Shown one piece after another: positions 21,118 to 31,336 of a DNA stretch of 64,000 bases. Below the pieces are notes generated by a model. The model saw only the letters and a program-made list of their open reading frames with translations, was not told the origin of the DNA and did no database searches. A program made the translations under genes and the position numbers. This DNA comes from an uncultured Burkholderiales bacterium (GTDB lineage Bacteria; Pseudomonadota; Gammaproteobacteria; Burkholderiales; Eutrophovitaceae). Position 1 is the first letter of the stretch. Every line of letters starts with the position of its first letter. The DNA lies in NCBI GenBank assembly GCA_951812315.1, contig CATOSA010000021.1, positions 18,705 to 82,704 of the forward strand, in the 5' to 3' direction.

Positions 21118-22206
21118 ATGAAATGTGGAATCGTAGGGCTGCCCAACGTCGGCAAGTCCACCCTGTTTAATGCGTTGACCAAGGCCGCGATCGCCGCGGA
21201 AAATTATCCGTTCTGCACGATTGAACCCAACGTCGGCATTGTCGAAGTGCCTGACACGCGGCTTGATCGTCTTTCAGCGATGGTCAATCCGCAAAAGACG
21301 ATACCGGCGAGCGTCGAGTTTGTTGATATCGCTGGATTGGTCGCTGGCGCGTCGAAAGGCGAGGGCCTTGGCAATCAGTTTCTGGCCAATATCCGCGAGA
21401 CAGACGCGATCGTACATGTCGTGCGCTGTTTCTCCGACGAAGATGTCGTGCATGTCAGCGGCCATGTCGATCCGGTTTCGGATATCGAAGTCATCAACAC
21501 TGAACTTGCACTTGCCGATATGGCCACCGTCGAGAAACAACTCGCCCGCCACGTCAAGCAGGCGCGCTCAGGCGGCGACAAGGAATCACAGCGCCTGGTT
21601 GCGGTCCTGCAGAAAATCGAAGCGGCACTCGATCAGGGCCGGCCGGCGCGCAGTGTGGAACTTGCCAAGGAAGAACAGGTGGTTGTCGAGCCACTGTTTC
21701 TGCTCACGATGAAGCCGACCATGTACGTCGCCAACGTCAGTGAGACTGGTTTTTCCGACAATCCCTGGCTGGATGCGATCAACGAATACGCGGCCGCCGA
21801 AAACGCACCGGTGGTGGCGATTTGCGCTGCGCTCGAAGCACAGATTTTTGATATGAGCGACGAAGACAAGTCGCTGTTTCTTGCCGACACCGGTCTTGAT
21901 GAGCCGGGTTTGAATCGCCTGATACGCACTGCATATGGCCTTTTGGGATTGCAGACCTATTTTACCGCGGGTGAGAAGGAAGTGCGTGCCTGGACGATTC
22001 ACAAGGGCGATACGGCCCCACAGGCGGCGGCCGTCATTCATACCGATTTCGAGAAAGGCTTCATTCGCGCCGAGGTCATCGGTTACGAAGACTACATATC
22101 ACTCAACGGCGAGAGCGGCGCCAAGGATGCCGGCAAGATGCGCCTCGAAGGAAAGGAATACGTCGTTCGCGACGGTGATGTCGTGCACTTTCGTTTTAAC
22201 GTCTAA
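21118..22206 (+). CDS. ychF: Ribosome-binding ATPase YchF
   Basis: [21 protein letters not shown], an Obg-family G domain and a C-terminal TGS-like domain. Confidence 0.95.
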   Translation: MKCGIVGLPNVGKSTLFNALTKAAIAAENYPFCTIEPNVGIVEVPDTRLDRLSAMVNPQKTIPASVEFVDIAGLVAGASKGEGLGNQFLANIRETDAIVHVVRCFSDEDVVHVSGHVDPVSDIEVINTELALADMATVEKQLARHVKQARSGGDKESQRLVAVLQKIEAALDQGRPARSVELAKEEQVVVEPLFLLTMKPTMYVANVSETGFSDNPWLDAINEYAAAENAPVVAICAALEAQIFDMSDEDKSLFLADTGLDEPGLNRLIRTAYGLLGLQTYFTAGEKEVRAWTIHKGDTAPQAAAVIHTDFEKGFIRAEVIGYEDYISLNGESGAKDAGKMRLEGKEYVVRDGDVVHFRFNV

Positions 22207-22264
22207 CCGTTGTTTTCTCATCGACCCGGAGACGGCAATGTCTGCCTGGCGCCGAGTCCCTATG

Positions 22265-22327
22265 CTAGGGAACCTTTGATCAATTCTCACGCGCTGAGTA
22301 CGTGACAATTGATCAAAGGTTCCCTAG
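22265..22327. repeat. 63-bp near-perfect palindrome (21-bp perfect arms) downstream of ychF
   Basis: CTAGGGAACCTTTGATCAATT (22265-22285) pairs with AATTGATCAAAGGTTCCCTAG (22307-22327). Five more base pairs form inside the 21-nt spacer. Confidence 0.85.
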
Positions 22328-22451
22328 ACTTTACAAGTCACGTCAGCAGTTTACGTAGCCAGTTCAGGTGCTTCGCAGCGCTTTTCTGGAAATGCGCTGC
22401 GTGGCGACTTTCGTAACTGACCGGGATCGGCGCGAGTCGGCGCAATGCAAT

Positions 22452-23180
22452 ATGGCAGGGCATAGTAAATGGGCCAACATCAAACACCGCAAGGCAGCCG
22501 CCGATGCGAAGCGTGGCAAGATATTCACTCGCTTGATCAAGGAAATTACCGTCGCCGCCCGGCTGGGCGGGCCTGACCCGGGTTCGAATTCCCGCCTGCG
22601 CCTGGCGATGGACAAGGCGTTTGACAACAACATGCCCAAGGATACGGTGGAGCGCGCAACCAAGCGCGGATCGGGCGAACTCGATGGCGTTGACTACGAA
22701 GAAATTCGTTACGAGGGTTACGGCATCAGTGGCGCCGCGGTCATGGTCGACTGTATGACGGACAATCGAACCCGGACGGTCGCCGATGTTCGTCACGTGT
22801 TTAGCAAACATGGCGGCAATCTGGGCACTGATGGGTCGGTGGCGTTCTTGTTCAAGCATTGCGGCCAGCTCGTGTTTTCTCCCGGAACGGACGAGGAGGT
22901 CGTCATGGACACTGCCCTGGACGCAGGGGCAGAAGATATCATCAGCAATGACGACGGCTCGGTCGAAGTCATTACCGAACCGCATTCTTTTCCTGACGTA
23001 AAGAACGCGCTTGAAAGTGCCGGACTCAAGGCCGAATATGCCGAAGTTACCTATAAACCCGCTACGGAAAATGCGCTTGCCGGCGATCAGGCCGAACGCA
23101 TGCAGAAATTGCTCGACGCGCTGGAGACACTCGATGACGTCCAGGATGTTTACACGACCGCTGTTTTTGACGCGGATTGA
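22452..23180 (+). CDS. yebC: YebC/PmpR family DNA-binding transcriptional regulator
   Basis: [26 protein letters not shown] start; 242 aa. Confidence 0.9.
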   Translation: MAGHSKWANIKHRKAAADAKRGKIFTRLIKEITVAARLGGPDPGSNSRLRLAMDKAFDNNMPKDTVERATKRGSGELDGVDYEEIRYEGYGISGAAVMVDCMTDNRTRTVADVRHVFSKHGGNLGTDGSVAFLFKHCGQLVFSPGTDEEVVMDTALDAGAEDIISNDDGSVEVITEPHSFPDVKNALESAGLKAEYAEVTYKPATENALAGDQAERMQKLLDALETLDDVQDVYTTAVFDAD

Positions 23181-23263
23181 GTGCCTGATACGCAGCGGCG
23201 CAGCACGCGCCGAAACCATGAACTGGCGACCGCTTACCCGGTGGCTGACAATCCGGTGTCCAG

Positions 23264-23782
23264 GTGAGAATTCTCGGTATTGACCCCGGGTTGCGCGTGA
23301 CCGGATTCGGGGTTGTGGACCAGACAGGTCAGCATCTCGCTTACGTGACGAGTGGCTGTATCCGTACTGCCAATGCGCAATTGCCGGAACGGATCAAGAC
23401 GATTCTTGACGGCCTTGCCGAGGTCATGGAGCAGGAGCGTCCAGATCACGTTGCGATTGAAAAGGTCTTCGTCAACGTTAACCCGCAGTCGACGCTGTTG
23501 CTTGGACAGGCGCGCGGGGCGGCAATCTGTGCCGCTGTCGGCCGCAGTCTCCCGGTTGCGGAGTACACGGCGCTACAGGTTAAACAGGCGGTGGTCGGCA
23601 ACGGTCACGCCAGGAAAGAACAGATCCAGGAAATGGTGCGACGGTTGCTGACATTGTCACTGGTTCCCGGTAGTGATGCGGCTGATGCACTCGCCTGTGC
23701 GATTTGTCACGCGCATGGCGGAAGAGGCCTGGGCGCTCTGGCGACATCCGGATACCGGGTTCGTCGCGGGAGGCTGGTGTGA
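23264..23782 (+). CDS. ruvC: Crossover junction endodeoxyribonuclease RuvC
   Basis: [19 protein letters not shown]; GTG start. Confidence 0.95.
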   Translation: MRILGIDPGLRVTGFGVVDQTGQHLAYVTSGCIRTANAQLPERIKTILDGLAEVMEQERPDHVAIEKVFVNVNPQSTLLLGQARGAAICAAVGRSLPVAEYTALQVKQAVVGNGHARKEQIQEMVRRLLTLSLVPGSDAADALACAICHAHGGRGLGALATSGYRVRRGRLV

Positions 23783-24354
23783 TCGGGCGGCTAACGGGGA
23801 CATTGCTCGAAAAGCAACCGCCGATGATTGCGCTTGACGTACAGGGTGTGGCATACGAGATCGATGTGCCGATGAGCACCTTCTACCAGCTTCCGGCCGC
23901 TGGCACGACAACCACACTGTTTACGCATCTGCTCGTTCGCGATGACGCGCATCTGTTGTACGGATTTGCGACCAACGAGGAGCGGCAACTGTTCCGCCAG
24001 TTGCTCAAAGTGAATGGGGTCGGCGCGCGAACAGCGCTTGCCGTTTTGTCGGGACTTTCGGTGGAGGAACTGCATCAGGCAGTCGCGCTTCAGGAGTCCG
24101 GGACAATTACGAAGATTCCCGGCATCGGGAAGAAGACCGCAGAGCGGCTCATGCTCGAATTGAAAGACAAGCTGTCGGTCGACAGTGGTGTCGCAGGTGC
24201 CGCGCCGACGCCGCGTGACGATGCGCTTCGCGCATTGCTCGCACTTGGCTACAAGGAAAAAGAGGCGGCTGCGACTCTGGCGAAAGTGGCAACGGACCTG
24301 TCGGTGTCAGAATCAATCCGTCACGCGCTGAAACTGTTGTCCAAGCCGTCTTGA
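23779..24354 (+). CDS. ruvA: Holliday junction DNA helicase subunit RuvA
   Basis: (V)[11 protein letters not shown]... and the HhH motif [12 protein letters not shown]. The GTG start overlaps the ruvC stop (GTGA). Confidence 0.95.
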   Translation: MIGRLTGTLLEKQPPMIALDVQGVAYEIDVPMSTFYQLPAAGTTTTLFTHLLVRDDAHLLYGFATNEERQLFRQLLKVNGVGARTALAVLSGLSVEELHQAVALQESGTITKIPGIGKKTAERLMLELKDKLSVDSGVAGAAPTPRDDALRALLALGYKEKEAAATLAKVATDLSVSESIRHALKLLSKPS

Positions 24355-24553
24355 GACGCCCAGCGGTCTTTATTCATCGCGGCGACATATAGCGCAGCGA
24401 CGATGATCGCAGAACGGCCAGGAGCGGGCGCGAGGTCGTTCTTTCTATCACAGCTATACCCTTTCACTCATCCTGAATTGCGACCAGCTGGCGTTCGCTC
24501 GCAACAAAAAAGATCCAATGGCGGGGAACAACATGTGAATAGAAGTGCACTAA

Positions 24554-24668
24554 TGAATACTCAAGCGGATACGCAACTGAATACTCAACGGTGCGCAATC
24601 TTCTAGTACGTGTCGCCGCTTGGCGACACTAATAGATTGGCGACAGTAAAAATCGGCGACAGTAAAAA
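24554..24668. repeat. Cluster of short direct repeats and a hairpin in the ruvA-ruvB spacer
   Basis: TGAATACTCAA occurs twice (24554, 24578). Hairpin GTGTCGCC-GCTT-GGCGACAC lies at 24610-24629. GGCGACAGTAAAAA occurs twice (24639, 24655). Confidence 0.7.
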
Positions 24669-25069
24669 CAGTCGGATGCGTGTTCCGCGATGACATCCGT
24701 GAGATATAATTCGCGCAGTTTTGCTAAGCCGCATTTGGTGAGCGCGCGTGGACGAGGAGACAACGGGCAGCATGCGGAAAAGTTCAGGATTGATCTTGGC
24801 AGCGACTCTGCCAGAGATGCGCACCCTGCAAGCCCGAGTCGACGGCGTTCAGAGACCGCAGGACGACGCACTGACATTGAATCAATTTATTGTGCCCAAT
24901 CGATGTACTGCGCCTCAACAACGAATTGCGTCGCATGATCCTGCTATTCTCGCGGCGATCATCAATCGTCACTCTGAAATGGAATCGCCACTGACGCCTC
25001 TGCACTGATGGAATCACCAGTCCGTACATGTGAAGCCGAACGCGCAAACATGCAACCGTACTCGCGGGG

Positions 25070-26110
25070 ATGATCGAAACTGACCGCCTGATTGAGCCGG
25101 CGCCGCATTCTTCTCAGGAAGAGGCACTGGAACGGGCGCTACGCCCGCGCAAACTCCAGGACTATGTTGGCCAGCAGAAAATTCGTTCACAACTGGGTAT
25201 CTTTGTCGAAGCGGCGCGCAAACGCGGCGAGGCGCTTGATCATGTCCTTCTGTTCGGCCCGCCCGGCCTTGGAAAGACGACGCTGGCGCATATCATCGGC
25301 CGTGAAATGAGCGTCAATGTTCGGCATACCTCCGGTCCGGTACTGGAACGCCCGGGTGATCTTGCGGCGCTGCTGACCAATCTTGAACCGAATGACGTGT
25401 TGTTCATCGATGAGATTCACCGTCTGTCACCGGTGGTCGAGGAAATCCTTTACCCGGCGCTTGAGGACTATCAGATTGACATCATGATTGGTGAGGGGCC
25501 GGCCGCGCGCTCGGTAAAGCTCGATTTGCCGCCGTTCACACTGGTTGGCGCGACCACGCGCGCCGGAATGCTGACCAATCCGCTGCGTGATCGCTTCGGA
25601 ATCGTTTCTCGCCTGGAGTTCTACTCAGCGCAGGAGTTGCAGCAAGTCGTCACGCGATCGGCCGGTTTGCTGAAAGTGCAGATCAACAATGACGGCGCAA
25701 TGGAGATCGCTTCGCGCTCACGGGGCACGCCTCGGGTCGCCAACCGGTTGCTGCGACGAGTGCGCGATTTTGCCGAAGTCAGGGCGCAGGGAATTGTCGA
25801 CAGGGAAACCGCGGATGCGGCACTTTCGATGCTGGATGTTGACACGCTCGGTCTGGACATTATGGATCGAAAGCTGCTGAGCGCGGTTATGGAAAAGTTC
25901 AAGGGTGGTCCGGTTGGTGTCGACAATCTCGCCGCGGCGATCGGCGAGGCGCGCGACACCATCGAAGACGTTCTTGAGCCGTTTCTGATCCAACAAGGGT
26001 ATCTGCAGCGCACGCCGCGCGGGCGCATTGCCACGCCACAAACGTATCGCCACTTTGGCCTGGCGATCCCCTCTGATGGCGTTAGCGGCGAATTGTGGCG
26101 GGAGAACTGA
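25070..26110 (+). CDS. ruvB: Holliday junction DNA helicase RuvB
   Basis: [14 protein letters not shown] Walker A and FIDEIHRL Walker B; 346 aa. Confidence 0.97.
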   Translation: MIETDRLIEPAPHSSQEEALERALRPRKLQDYVGQQKIRSQLGIFVEAARKRGEALDHVLLFGPPGLGKTTLAHIIGREMSVNVRHTSGPVLERPGDLAALLTNLEPNDVLFIDEIHRLSPVVEEILYPALEDYQIDIMIGEGPAARSVKLDLPPFTLVGATTRAGMLTNPLRDRFGIVSRLEFYSAQELQQVVTRSAGLLKVQINNDGAMEIASRSRGTPRVANRLLRRVRDFAEVRAQGIVDRETADAALSMLDVDTLGLDIMDRKLLSAVMEKFKGGPVGVDNLAAAIGEARDTIEDVLEPFLIQQGYLQRTPRGRIATPQTYRHFGLAIPSDGVSGELWREN

Positions 26111-26534
26111 AATCGCGTTCTCGATTGCGGTCCGGGTTTACTTTCAGGACACCGACGCCGGTGAAGTGGTCTATCACGCCGCATACCTTAACTTTCTTGA
26201 ACGCGCTCGCACCGAATGGTTGCGCCATCTTGGATTCGAACAGCGGGATCTGGAGCAGCGCTATGGCGTGTTGTTTATCGTGCGATCAATCGACATGAAG
26301 TTCATGCAGCCTGCGCGTCTCGATGATTTGGTCGATGTCGATGTTTACCGGCTCGGCCGGGCCCAGGTTACGTTGCTACAGGAAGTTCATCGAACGCAAA
26401 CCAGGCTTGTGCGCGCCAAGGTGAACCTGGCGTGTGTAACGATGGGCGATTTTCGCCCGCGGCCGTTGCCCGAAGCAATTGCGGCTGCATTCTCGCAATC
26501 GTCGCTGCGGGCGACATCAGATAAAGGGATGTAA
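26076..26534 (+). CDS. ybgC: Tol-Pal-associated acyl-CoA thioesterase YbgC
   Basis: [31 protein letters not shown] matches the YbgC hot-dog fold N-terminus. The start is uncertain: the ATG at 26076 overlaps the ruvB 3' end by 35 bp. Confidence 0.8.
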   Translation: MALAANCGGRTEIAFSIAVRVYFQDTDAGEVVYHAAYLNFLERARTEWLRHLGFEQRDLEQRYGVLFIVRSIDMKFMQPARLDDLVDVDVYRLGRAQVTLLQEVHRTQTRLVRAKVNLACVTMGDFRPRPLPEAIAAAFSQSSLRATSDKGM

Positions 26535-26540
26535 CAAGGA

Positions 26541-27269
26541 ATGACTGCCAGCCAGGATCTGTCACTGCTGTTTCTGCTAAGCAATGCGAGTGTGCTCGTT
26601 CAGCTTGTCATGGCGCTGTTGCTGGGCATGTCGCTGGTTTCCTGGTGGTTCATCTTTCGCAAGATGTTCATTGTGCGACACGCGCTGCGCCGTGCCGAAG
26701 AATTCGAGCGCAGTTTCTGGAGCGGGGCGGACCTGGGCACGCTCTACCAGGCGGCGACATCGAATCGAGCCGATGCCGGCAGCCTGGAACGCATTTTCGA
26801 ATCTGGCTTCCGCGAATTCGTCAAATTGCGCAAACAGGCCGGCATCGACCTGCCGGTTCTTATGGATGGAACGCGCAGAGCAATGCGTGCAACTTACCAG
26901 CGAGAACTGGATTATCTGGAGGCGCACCTGTCGTATCTGGCGACTGTCGGGTCGGTTAGTCCGTATATCGGATTGTTCGGCACGGTCTGGGGGATCATGA
27001 ATGCGTTCCGTGGTCTGGCAAATGTAGGCCAGGCGACACTCGCGCATGTGGCGCCGGGTATTGCCGAGGCGCTGGTTGCGACCGCGATGGGCTTGTTCGC
27101 GGCGATTCCGGCAGTGGTTGCATTCAATCACTACGTGCGCCATATCGAGCGATTGTCGACCCGTTACGACAGCTTCATGGAAGAGTTCTCGAATATTCTG
27201 CAGCGTCAGGCGAATGGCTTGCCACAGTCGCAGGTGCAAACACAGAATACTGGGCAGGAGGTCAGCTAA
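26541..27269 (+). CDS. tolQ: Tol-Pal system protein TolQ
   Basis: MotA/TolQ/ExbB family with three TM helices, in tolQRAB order. Confidence 0.95.
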   Translation: MTASQDLSLLFLLSNASVLVQLVMALLLGMSLVSWWFIFRKMFIVRHALRRAEEFERSFWSGADLGTLYQAATSNRADAGSLERIFESGFREFVKLRKQAGIDLPVLMDGTRRAMRATYQRELDYLEAHLSYLATVGSVSPYIGLFGTVWGIMNAFRGLANVGQATLAHVAPGIAEALVATAMGLFAAIPAVVAFNHYVRHIERLSTRYDSFMEEFSNILQRQANGLPQSQVQTQNTGQEVS

Positions 27270-27695
27270 ATGGCAGTGCGACGGCAACGCAGCGTGATGA
27301 ACCAGATCAACGTCGTTCCATACATTGACGTCATGTTGGTGCTGCTAGTCATATTCATGGTTACCGCACCGTTGATGAATCCTGGCGTCATCGACCTTCC
27401 AACGATCGGCAAGGTCGGCAAGGCGTCCCTGCCGCCAATACGGCCGCTGGAGGTTGAAATTCGAGCCAACGGAAACTTGTCGTATGTCGACCGCAATGAA
27501 TCGGGCGCCTCGCGTCCGGTGACACGTGAGGAACTTGTCAGCGCTATTCAGTCGAAGCAGGAAAAGCAACCGGATCAGCCGGTGGTCATTTCAGCGGACA
27601 AGGACGTGCGCTACGAGAACGTGATGCAAGTCATGGATCTGCTGCATAGAAACCAGGTAAAGAGAGTTGGCCTGCTGGCCGTACCGAAAGGCTGA
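27270..27695 (+). CDS. tolR: Tol-Pal system protein TolR
   Basis: ExbD/TolR family: INVVPYIDVMLVLLVIFMV. Confidence 0.9.
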   Translation: MAVRRQRSVMNQINVVPYIDVMLVLLVIFMVTAPLMNPGVIDLPTIGKVGKASLPPIRPLEVEIRANGNLSYVDRNESGASRPVTREELVSAIQSKQEKQPDQPVVISADKDVRYENVMQVMDLLHRNQVKRVGLLAVPKG

Positions 27696-29248
27696 TGCAC
27701 GCTGGACCACGCCCAGAACGGACGGTTTCCGGCCTGCTGGCCGTGCTCGTCCACGTGTTGTTTTTCGGATTCCTGTTCTTCGGCGTCAGCTGGCAGAAGC
27801 AGAAAGTCGGGCCGGTATTCGTCGAATACTGGGAGGCGTTGCCGCCTGCTCCGGAAACTCCCAAAACGCAAGTCAAACCGAAGCCGGCAGAACCAAAACC
27901 GGTAAAGGCCAAACCGAAACCAACCAAAGCTGAGCCGAAACCGGCACAGGTGGAACCGGAACCGATCAAACGCGATCCTGCACCGGCGCAACGCCAGTTG
28001 CCTCCACCGGCTCCGGCACCGGCGCCATCGGCAGTCGAGCCGCCCGCGCCATTGCCGCAGCCGCCGATGGTTGAATCACCCAAACCGAGCCGGGCGGAAA
28101 TTGAACTCAGGGACAAGGAACGCAAAGCCGAAGAAAAACGGCGCGAAGAACTCCGTCTTGCGCAGGAGCAGCGACGCCAGGAAGAGGAACAGGCAAGATT
28201 GGCGGCACAAGCCGAAGCCGAGAAACGCCGGTTCGAAGAAGAGCGAGCGAAGGCAGAGGCGCTGGCCGAAAAGCAAAGACTTGACGAGGAGGAGCGTAAA
28301 CGCCTGGAGGCGCTAAGAATTGAAGAGGAAAAGCGACGCCTGGAGGAAGAACGGCTGATAGCGGAGGCCGAAGCGGAGAAACGCCGGCTCGAAGAAGAGC
28401 GAGCGAAGGCAGAGGCGCTGGCCGAACAGCAAAGACTTGACGAGGAGGAGCGTAAACGCCTGGAAGCGCTAAGAATTGAAGAGGAAAAGCGACGCCTGGA
28501 GGAAGAACGGCTGATAGCGGAGGCCGAAGCGGAGAAACGCCGGCTCGAAGAGGAGCGAGCGAAGGCAGAGGCGCTGGCCGAACAGCAAAGACTTGACGAG
28601 GAGGAGCGTAAACGCCTGGAAGCGCTAAGAATTGAAGAGGAAAAGCGACGCCTGGAGGAAGAACGGCTGATAGCGGAGGCCGAAGCGGAGAAACGCCGGC
28701 TCGAAGAGGAAAAGCGCAAACGCCAGAAAGCCATACGTCTGGAAGCGCAGTTACGTGCCGAGGAAGAGGCCGAGCGGCGTCGCGCAGAGCAAGCCCGGCT
28801 GGAAGAGGAGCAGCGGCAACGGTTAGCCGAGCAGCAGCGGCTGGCACGAGAGCGCGAACTCGCCGAGAAGAAGCGCCAGGCAGAGCAGGCGCGGCGTGAT
28901 AAAATCGAGGCCGAACGGCGCGCGAGACAACAGGCAGCCGCCGCAGCGCGTGCGGCCCAGCAGGCACTGGTTGACGATTACAAAGCAAAGATCAGCGGAA
29001 AAGTGCGCTCGCGAGTGTTAATGCCGCAAAATATTACCAGTAACCCGGAGGCGTTATACGAAGTCGTATTGCTGCCCGGTGGCGGCGTGTTAGAAGTGAA
29101 GTTGAGAAAATCGAGCGGCGTTGACGCTTATGATACGGCGGTTCGCAGGGCCATCATGGCGGCACAGCCACTGCCGGTGCCAAGTGATTCGAATCTTTTC
29201 CGGGAACATTTCAGACGATTTAACATGTCGTTCCGTCCTAAAGAATGA
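27695..29248 (+). CDS. tolA: Tol-Pal system protein TolA with an expanded repeat domain II
   Basis: One N-terminal TM helix, a Pro/Lys-rich region, a long Glu/Arg/Ala/Lys helical region and a TolA C-terminal domain. Positioned between tolR and tolB. Confidence 0.85.
   Translation: MHAGPRPERTVSGLLAVLVHVLFFGFLFFGVSWQKQKVGPVFVEYWEALPPAPETPKTQVKPKPAEPKPVKAKPKPTKAEPKPAQVEPEPIKRDPAPAQRQLPPPAPAPAPSAVEPPAPLPQPPMVESPKPSRAEIELRDKERKAEEKRREELRLAQEQRRQEEEQARLAAQAEAEKRRFEEERAKAEALAEKQRLDEEERKRLEALRIEEEKRRLEEERLIAEAEAEKRRLEEERAKAEALAEQQRLDEEERKRLEALRIEEEKRRLEEERLIAEAEAEKRRLEEERAKAEALAEQQRLDEEERKRLEALRIEEEKRRLEEERLIAEAEAEKRRLEEEKRKRQKAIRLEAQLRAEEEAERRRAEQARLEEEQRQRLAEQQRLARERELAEKKRQAEQARRDKIEAERRARQQAAAAARAAQQALVDDYKAKISGKVRSRVLMPQNITSNPEALYEVVLLPGGGVLEVKLRKSSGVDAYDTAVRRAIMAAQPLPVPSDSNLFREHFRRFNMSFRPKE
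28205..28712 (+). repeat. 3.25 tandem copies of a 156-bp (52-aa) unit inside tolA
   Basis: Units start at 28205, 28361, 28517 and 28673 (the last is partial). Units 2 and 3 differ at one nucleotide. Unit 1 differs from unit 2 at about 8. Confidence 0.95.
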
Positions 29249-29268
29249 ACCATCAGAGAGAATATGCA

Positions 29269-30582
29269 ATGCTCAGATTCAAACCGGCAATAATTTTGTT
29301 GATCAGCGTGCTCACGCTGTTCGGCGCAGAGCCGTTGCGCGCCCAATTGACAATTGATGTTATTGGGGGCGGCGCCAGTCAGATTCCGATTACGATCCTG
29401 CCTTTTGGCGACGAGGATGGATACGATCAGGTGATCAGCAAGATCGTGTCGGCCGATTTGCGCCGCAGCGGACTGTTTCGATTGGGTGCCAAGGGTAACG
29501 CGCGGCCATTTCCTACCCAGGCCGGACAAGTCGATTTTGCCTACTGGCGCAACGAAGGCGCGCAGAATCTCGTCATCGGCAAACTGACAGAGCGGGAAAA
29601 CGGCCGTGTTGAAGTGCGCTTTCGCATGTTTGACGTCGGCACGAAATCGCAGTCGGTTGGTTTTTCGTTTCTGGTCGAAGTCGCGCAGTTGCGAACGACC
29701 GCACACAAGATCGCCGACCTGATATACGAAAAGCTCACCGGTGATGCCGGCGCATTCTCGACGATGATTTCCTTCGTCGTGAAGCGGGGGCGCATGTTCG
29801 AGCTGCAGATCGCGGATGCCGATGGCTACAATCCGCAGATCGTGCATCGTTACAGGGAGCCGATCATCTCGCCCGAATGGTCACCTGATGGTCAACGCGT
29901 CGCGTATGTCTCGTTCGAAAAAAGAAAGCCGATCGTATATATACTCAATGTCTACGACGGGACGCGAAAAGTGCTTGCCGCGTTCGACGGTTCCAATTCT
30001 GCGCCGGCCTGGTCTCCCGATGGCAAGCGTCTTGCTATTACGCTGACCAAGGATGGCGCTTCGCAGTTGTACTTGATCAATGCCGATGGCAGCGGCGTAA
30101 ACCGGCTGACGTACAGCCAGTCCATTGACACCGAGCCCAGCTTTTCGCCGGACGGCCGCTATCTGTTGTTTACATCGGATCGCGCCAGCAGTCCGCAAAT
30201 TTACCGCATGCGGGTCGACGGAAGTGGTGATCCACAGCGGATGACGTTCGAAGGAAAGTACAACGTCACGCCGCGTTACAGCCCGGACGGGAAGTCGTTC
30301 GTGTTTATTCACCAATCACAGGGTCGCTTCAACGTCGCGGTGCAAAACATCGCTACGCGCCAGGTCCAGCTCCTGACTTCGGGAAGGCTTGATCAATCTC
30401 CAACGTTCGCGCCAAATGGAAAGATGATCCTGTACGCCTCTGAAATTAAAGGGCGTGGTATATTAGCGACCGTCTCTAGCGACGGTCGGGTAAAGCAAAG
30501 AATCACTGCGCAGGCTGGCGATATTCGCGAGCCGGCCTGGGGGCCGCTTCTGAACAATCACCAAAAGGAGTCGCCGCAATGA
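29269..30582 (+). CDS. tolB: Tol-Pal system beta-propeller protein TolB
   Basis: Signal peptide MLRFKPAIILLISVLTLFGAEPLRA followed by repeated SPDG propeller blades. An alternative start at 29245 overlaps the tolA stop (ATGA). Confidence 0.95.
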   Translation: MLRFKPAIILLISVLTLFGAEPLRAQLTIDVIGGGASQIPITILPFGDEDGYDQVISKIVSADLRRSGLFRLGAKGNARPFPTQAGQVDFAYWRNEGAQNLVIGKLTERENGRVEVRFRMFDVGTKSQSVGFSFLVEVAQLRTTAHKIADLIYEKLTGDAGAFSTMISFVVKRGRMFELQIADADGYNPQIVHRYREPIISPEWSPDGQRVAYVSFEKRKPIVYILNVYDGTRKVLAAFDGSNSAPAWSPDGKRLAITLTKDGASQLYLINADGSGVNRLTYSQSIDTEPSFSPDGRYLLFTSDRASSPQIYRMRVDGSGDPQRMTFEGKYNVTPRYSPDGKSFVFIHQSQGRFNVAVQNIATRQVQLLTSGRLDQSPTFAPNGKMILYASEIKGRGILATVSSDGRVKQRITAQAGDIREPAWGPLLNNHQKESPQ

Positions 30583-31298
30583 GGAAGGTAGTTGTTGCCT
30601 TTTGTCTGGTTTTTCTGGTGGCGGGTTGCTCAAGCACAGAGCAACGTACTGCCAGTGTCGAGGAACGCAGTGTTCTCGATGAAGAACAAGCACGTCAGCA
30701 GGCGGAATTCGACCGCGCTCAGGCCGAGCAAGCCGCGAAAGACGCGCAAATCCGTCGTGAGCAGCAGGAACTCAATCGCCAGCTCGAAGAACAGCGGCAA
30801 CGGGAACTGGAAGCAGCCCAGATCGACGCCGAGCTCGAAACAGAATTCGAGTATGACGAGCCTGACATCCGTCCGTTGGAAGACAGCAGCCTCGACGAAG
30901 GGGATGCGCAAATGGTGGAAGATCCGTGGTTGGCGCTCGACGAGGTCGGTAGCGAACTGGTACAACGCAGCATCTATTACGACTACAACCGCTTCGATAT
31001 CAAGGACGAGTTTGTGCCATTGATCGAGGCGCACGCGAATTTTCTGTTGCAGCACCCTGAACTGAAAATCACTATTCAGGGCAACTGCGATGACCGCGGC
31101 AGCAGGGAATATAACCTCGCACTTGGCCAACGGCGCGCAGAAGGTGTGAAGCGGGCAATGTCATTGCTCGGTGTCAGCGATGACCAGATGGAGGCCGTTA
31201 GCCTTGGCGCTGAAAAACCGGTTGCGTTCGGCCAGGATGAAGAAAGCTGGGCGCAGAATCGCCGTAGCGACATCCTCTACGTTGGCGAACCCAAGTAA
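30579..31298 (+). CDS. pal: Peptidoglycan-associated lipoprotein Pal with a long charged linker
   Basis: Lipobox FLVAGC and a C-terminal OmpA-like domain (GNCDDRGSREYNLALGQRRAEGV). GGAG RBS. ATGA overlap with tolB. Confidence 0.9.
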   Translation: MRKVVVAFCLVFLVAGCSSTEQRTASVEERSVLDEEQARQQAEFDRAQAEQAAKDAQIRREQQELNRQLEEQRQRELEAAQIDAELETEFEYDEPDIRPLEDSSLDEGDAQMVEDPWLALDEVGSELVQRSIYYDYNRFDIKDEFVPLIEAHANFLLQHPELKITIQGNCDDRGSREYNLALGQRRAEGVKRAMSLLGVSDDQMEAVSLGAEKPVAFGQDEESWAQNRRSDILYVGEPK

Positions 31299-31336
31299 CG
31301 CAACTGCCTCTGACAACCGATAGTCAAGCGCACCGA

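Noticed and set aside
22338-23219. 293-aa minus-strand ORF covering the yebC locus
   Set aside because: It is fully antisense to a gene with an unmistakable YebC N-terminus ([14 protein letters not shown]). It has no motifs or RBS. Long antisense ORFs are expected at this GC content.
24748-25008. 86-aa ORF (GTG start) inside the ruvA-ruvB spacer as a possible small protein
   Set aside because: No Shine-Dalgarno, no recognisable motif or signal, and several overlapping ORFs of similar size on both strands. Evidence is insufficient to call a gene. The spacer itself is reported as a finding.
26577-27287. 236-aa minus-strand ORF
   Set aside because: Antisense to tolQ, whose MotA/TolQ/ExbB features are clear. 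No independent support.
27631-28988. 367-aa and 293-aa minus-strand ORFs rich in Ser/Arg or Pro/Ala repeats
   Set aside because: They are the reverse-complement reading of the tolA Glu/Arg/Ala repeat region. Their periodicity only mirrors the 156-bp tolA repeats.
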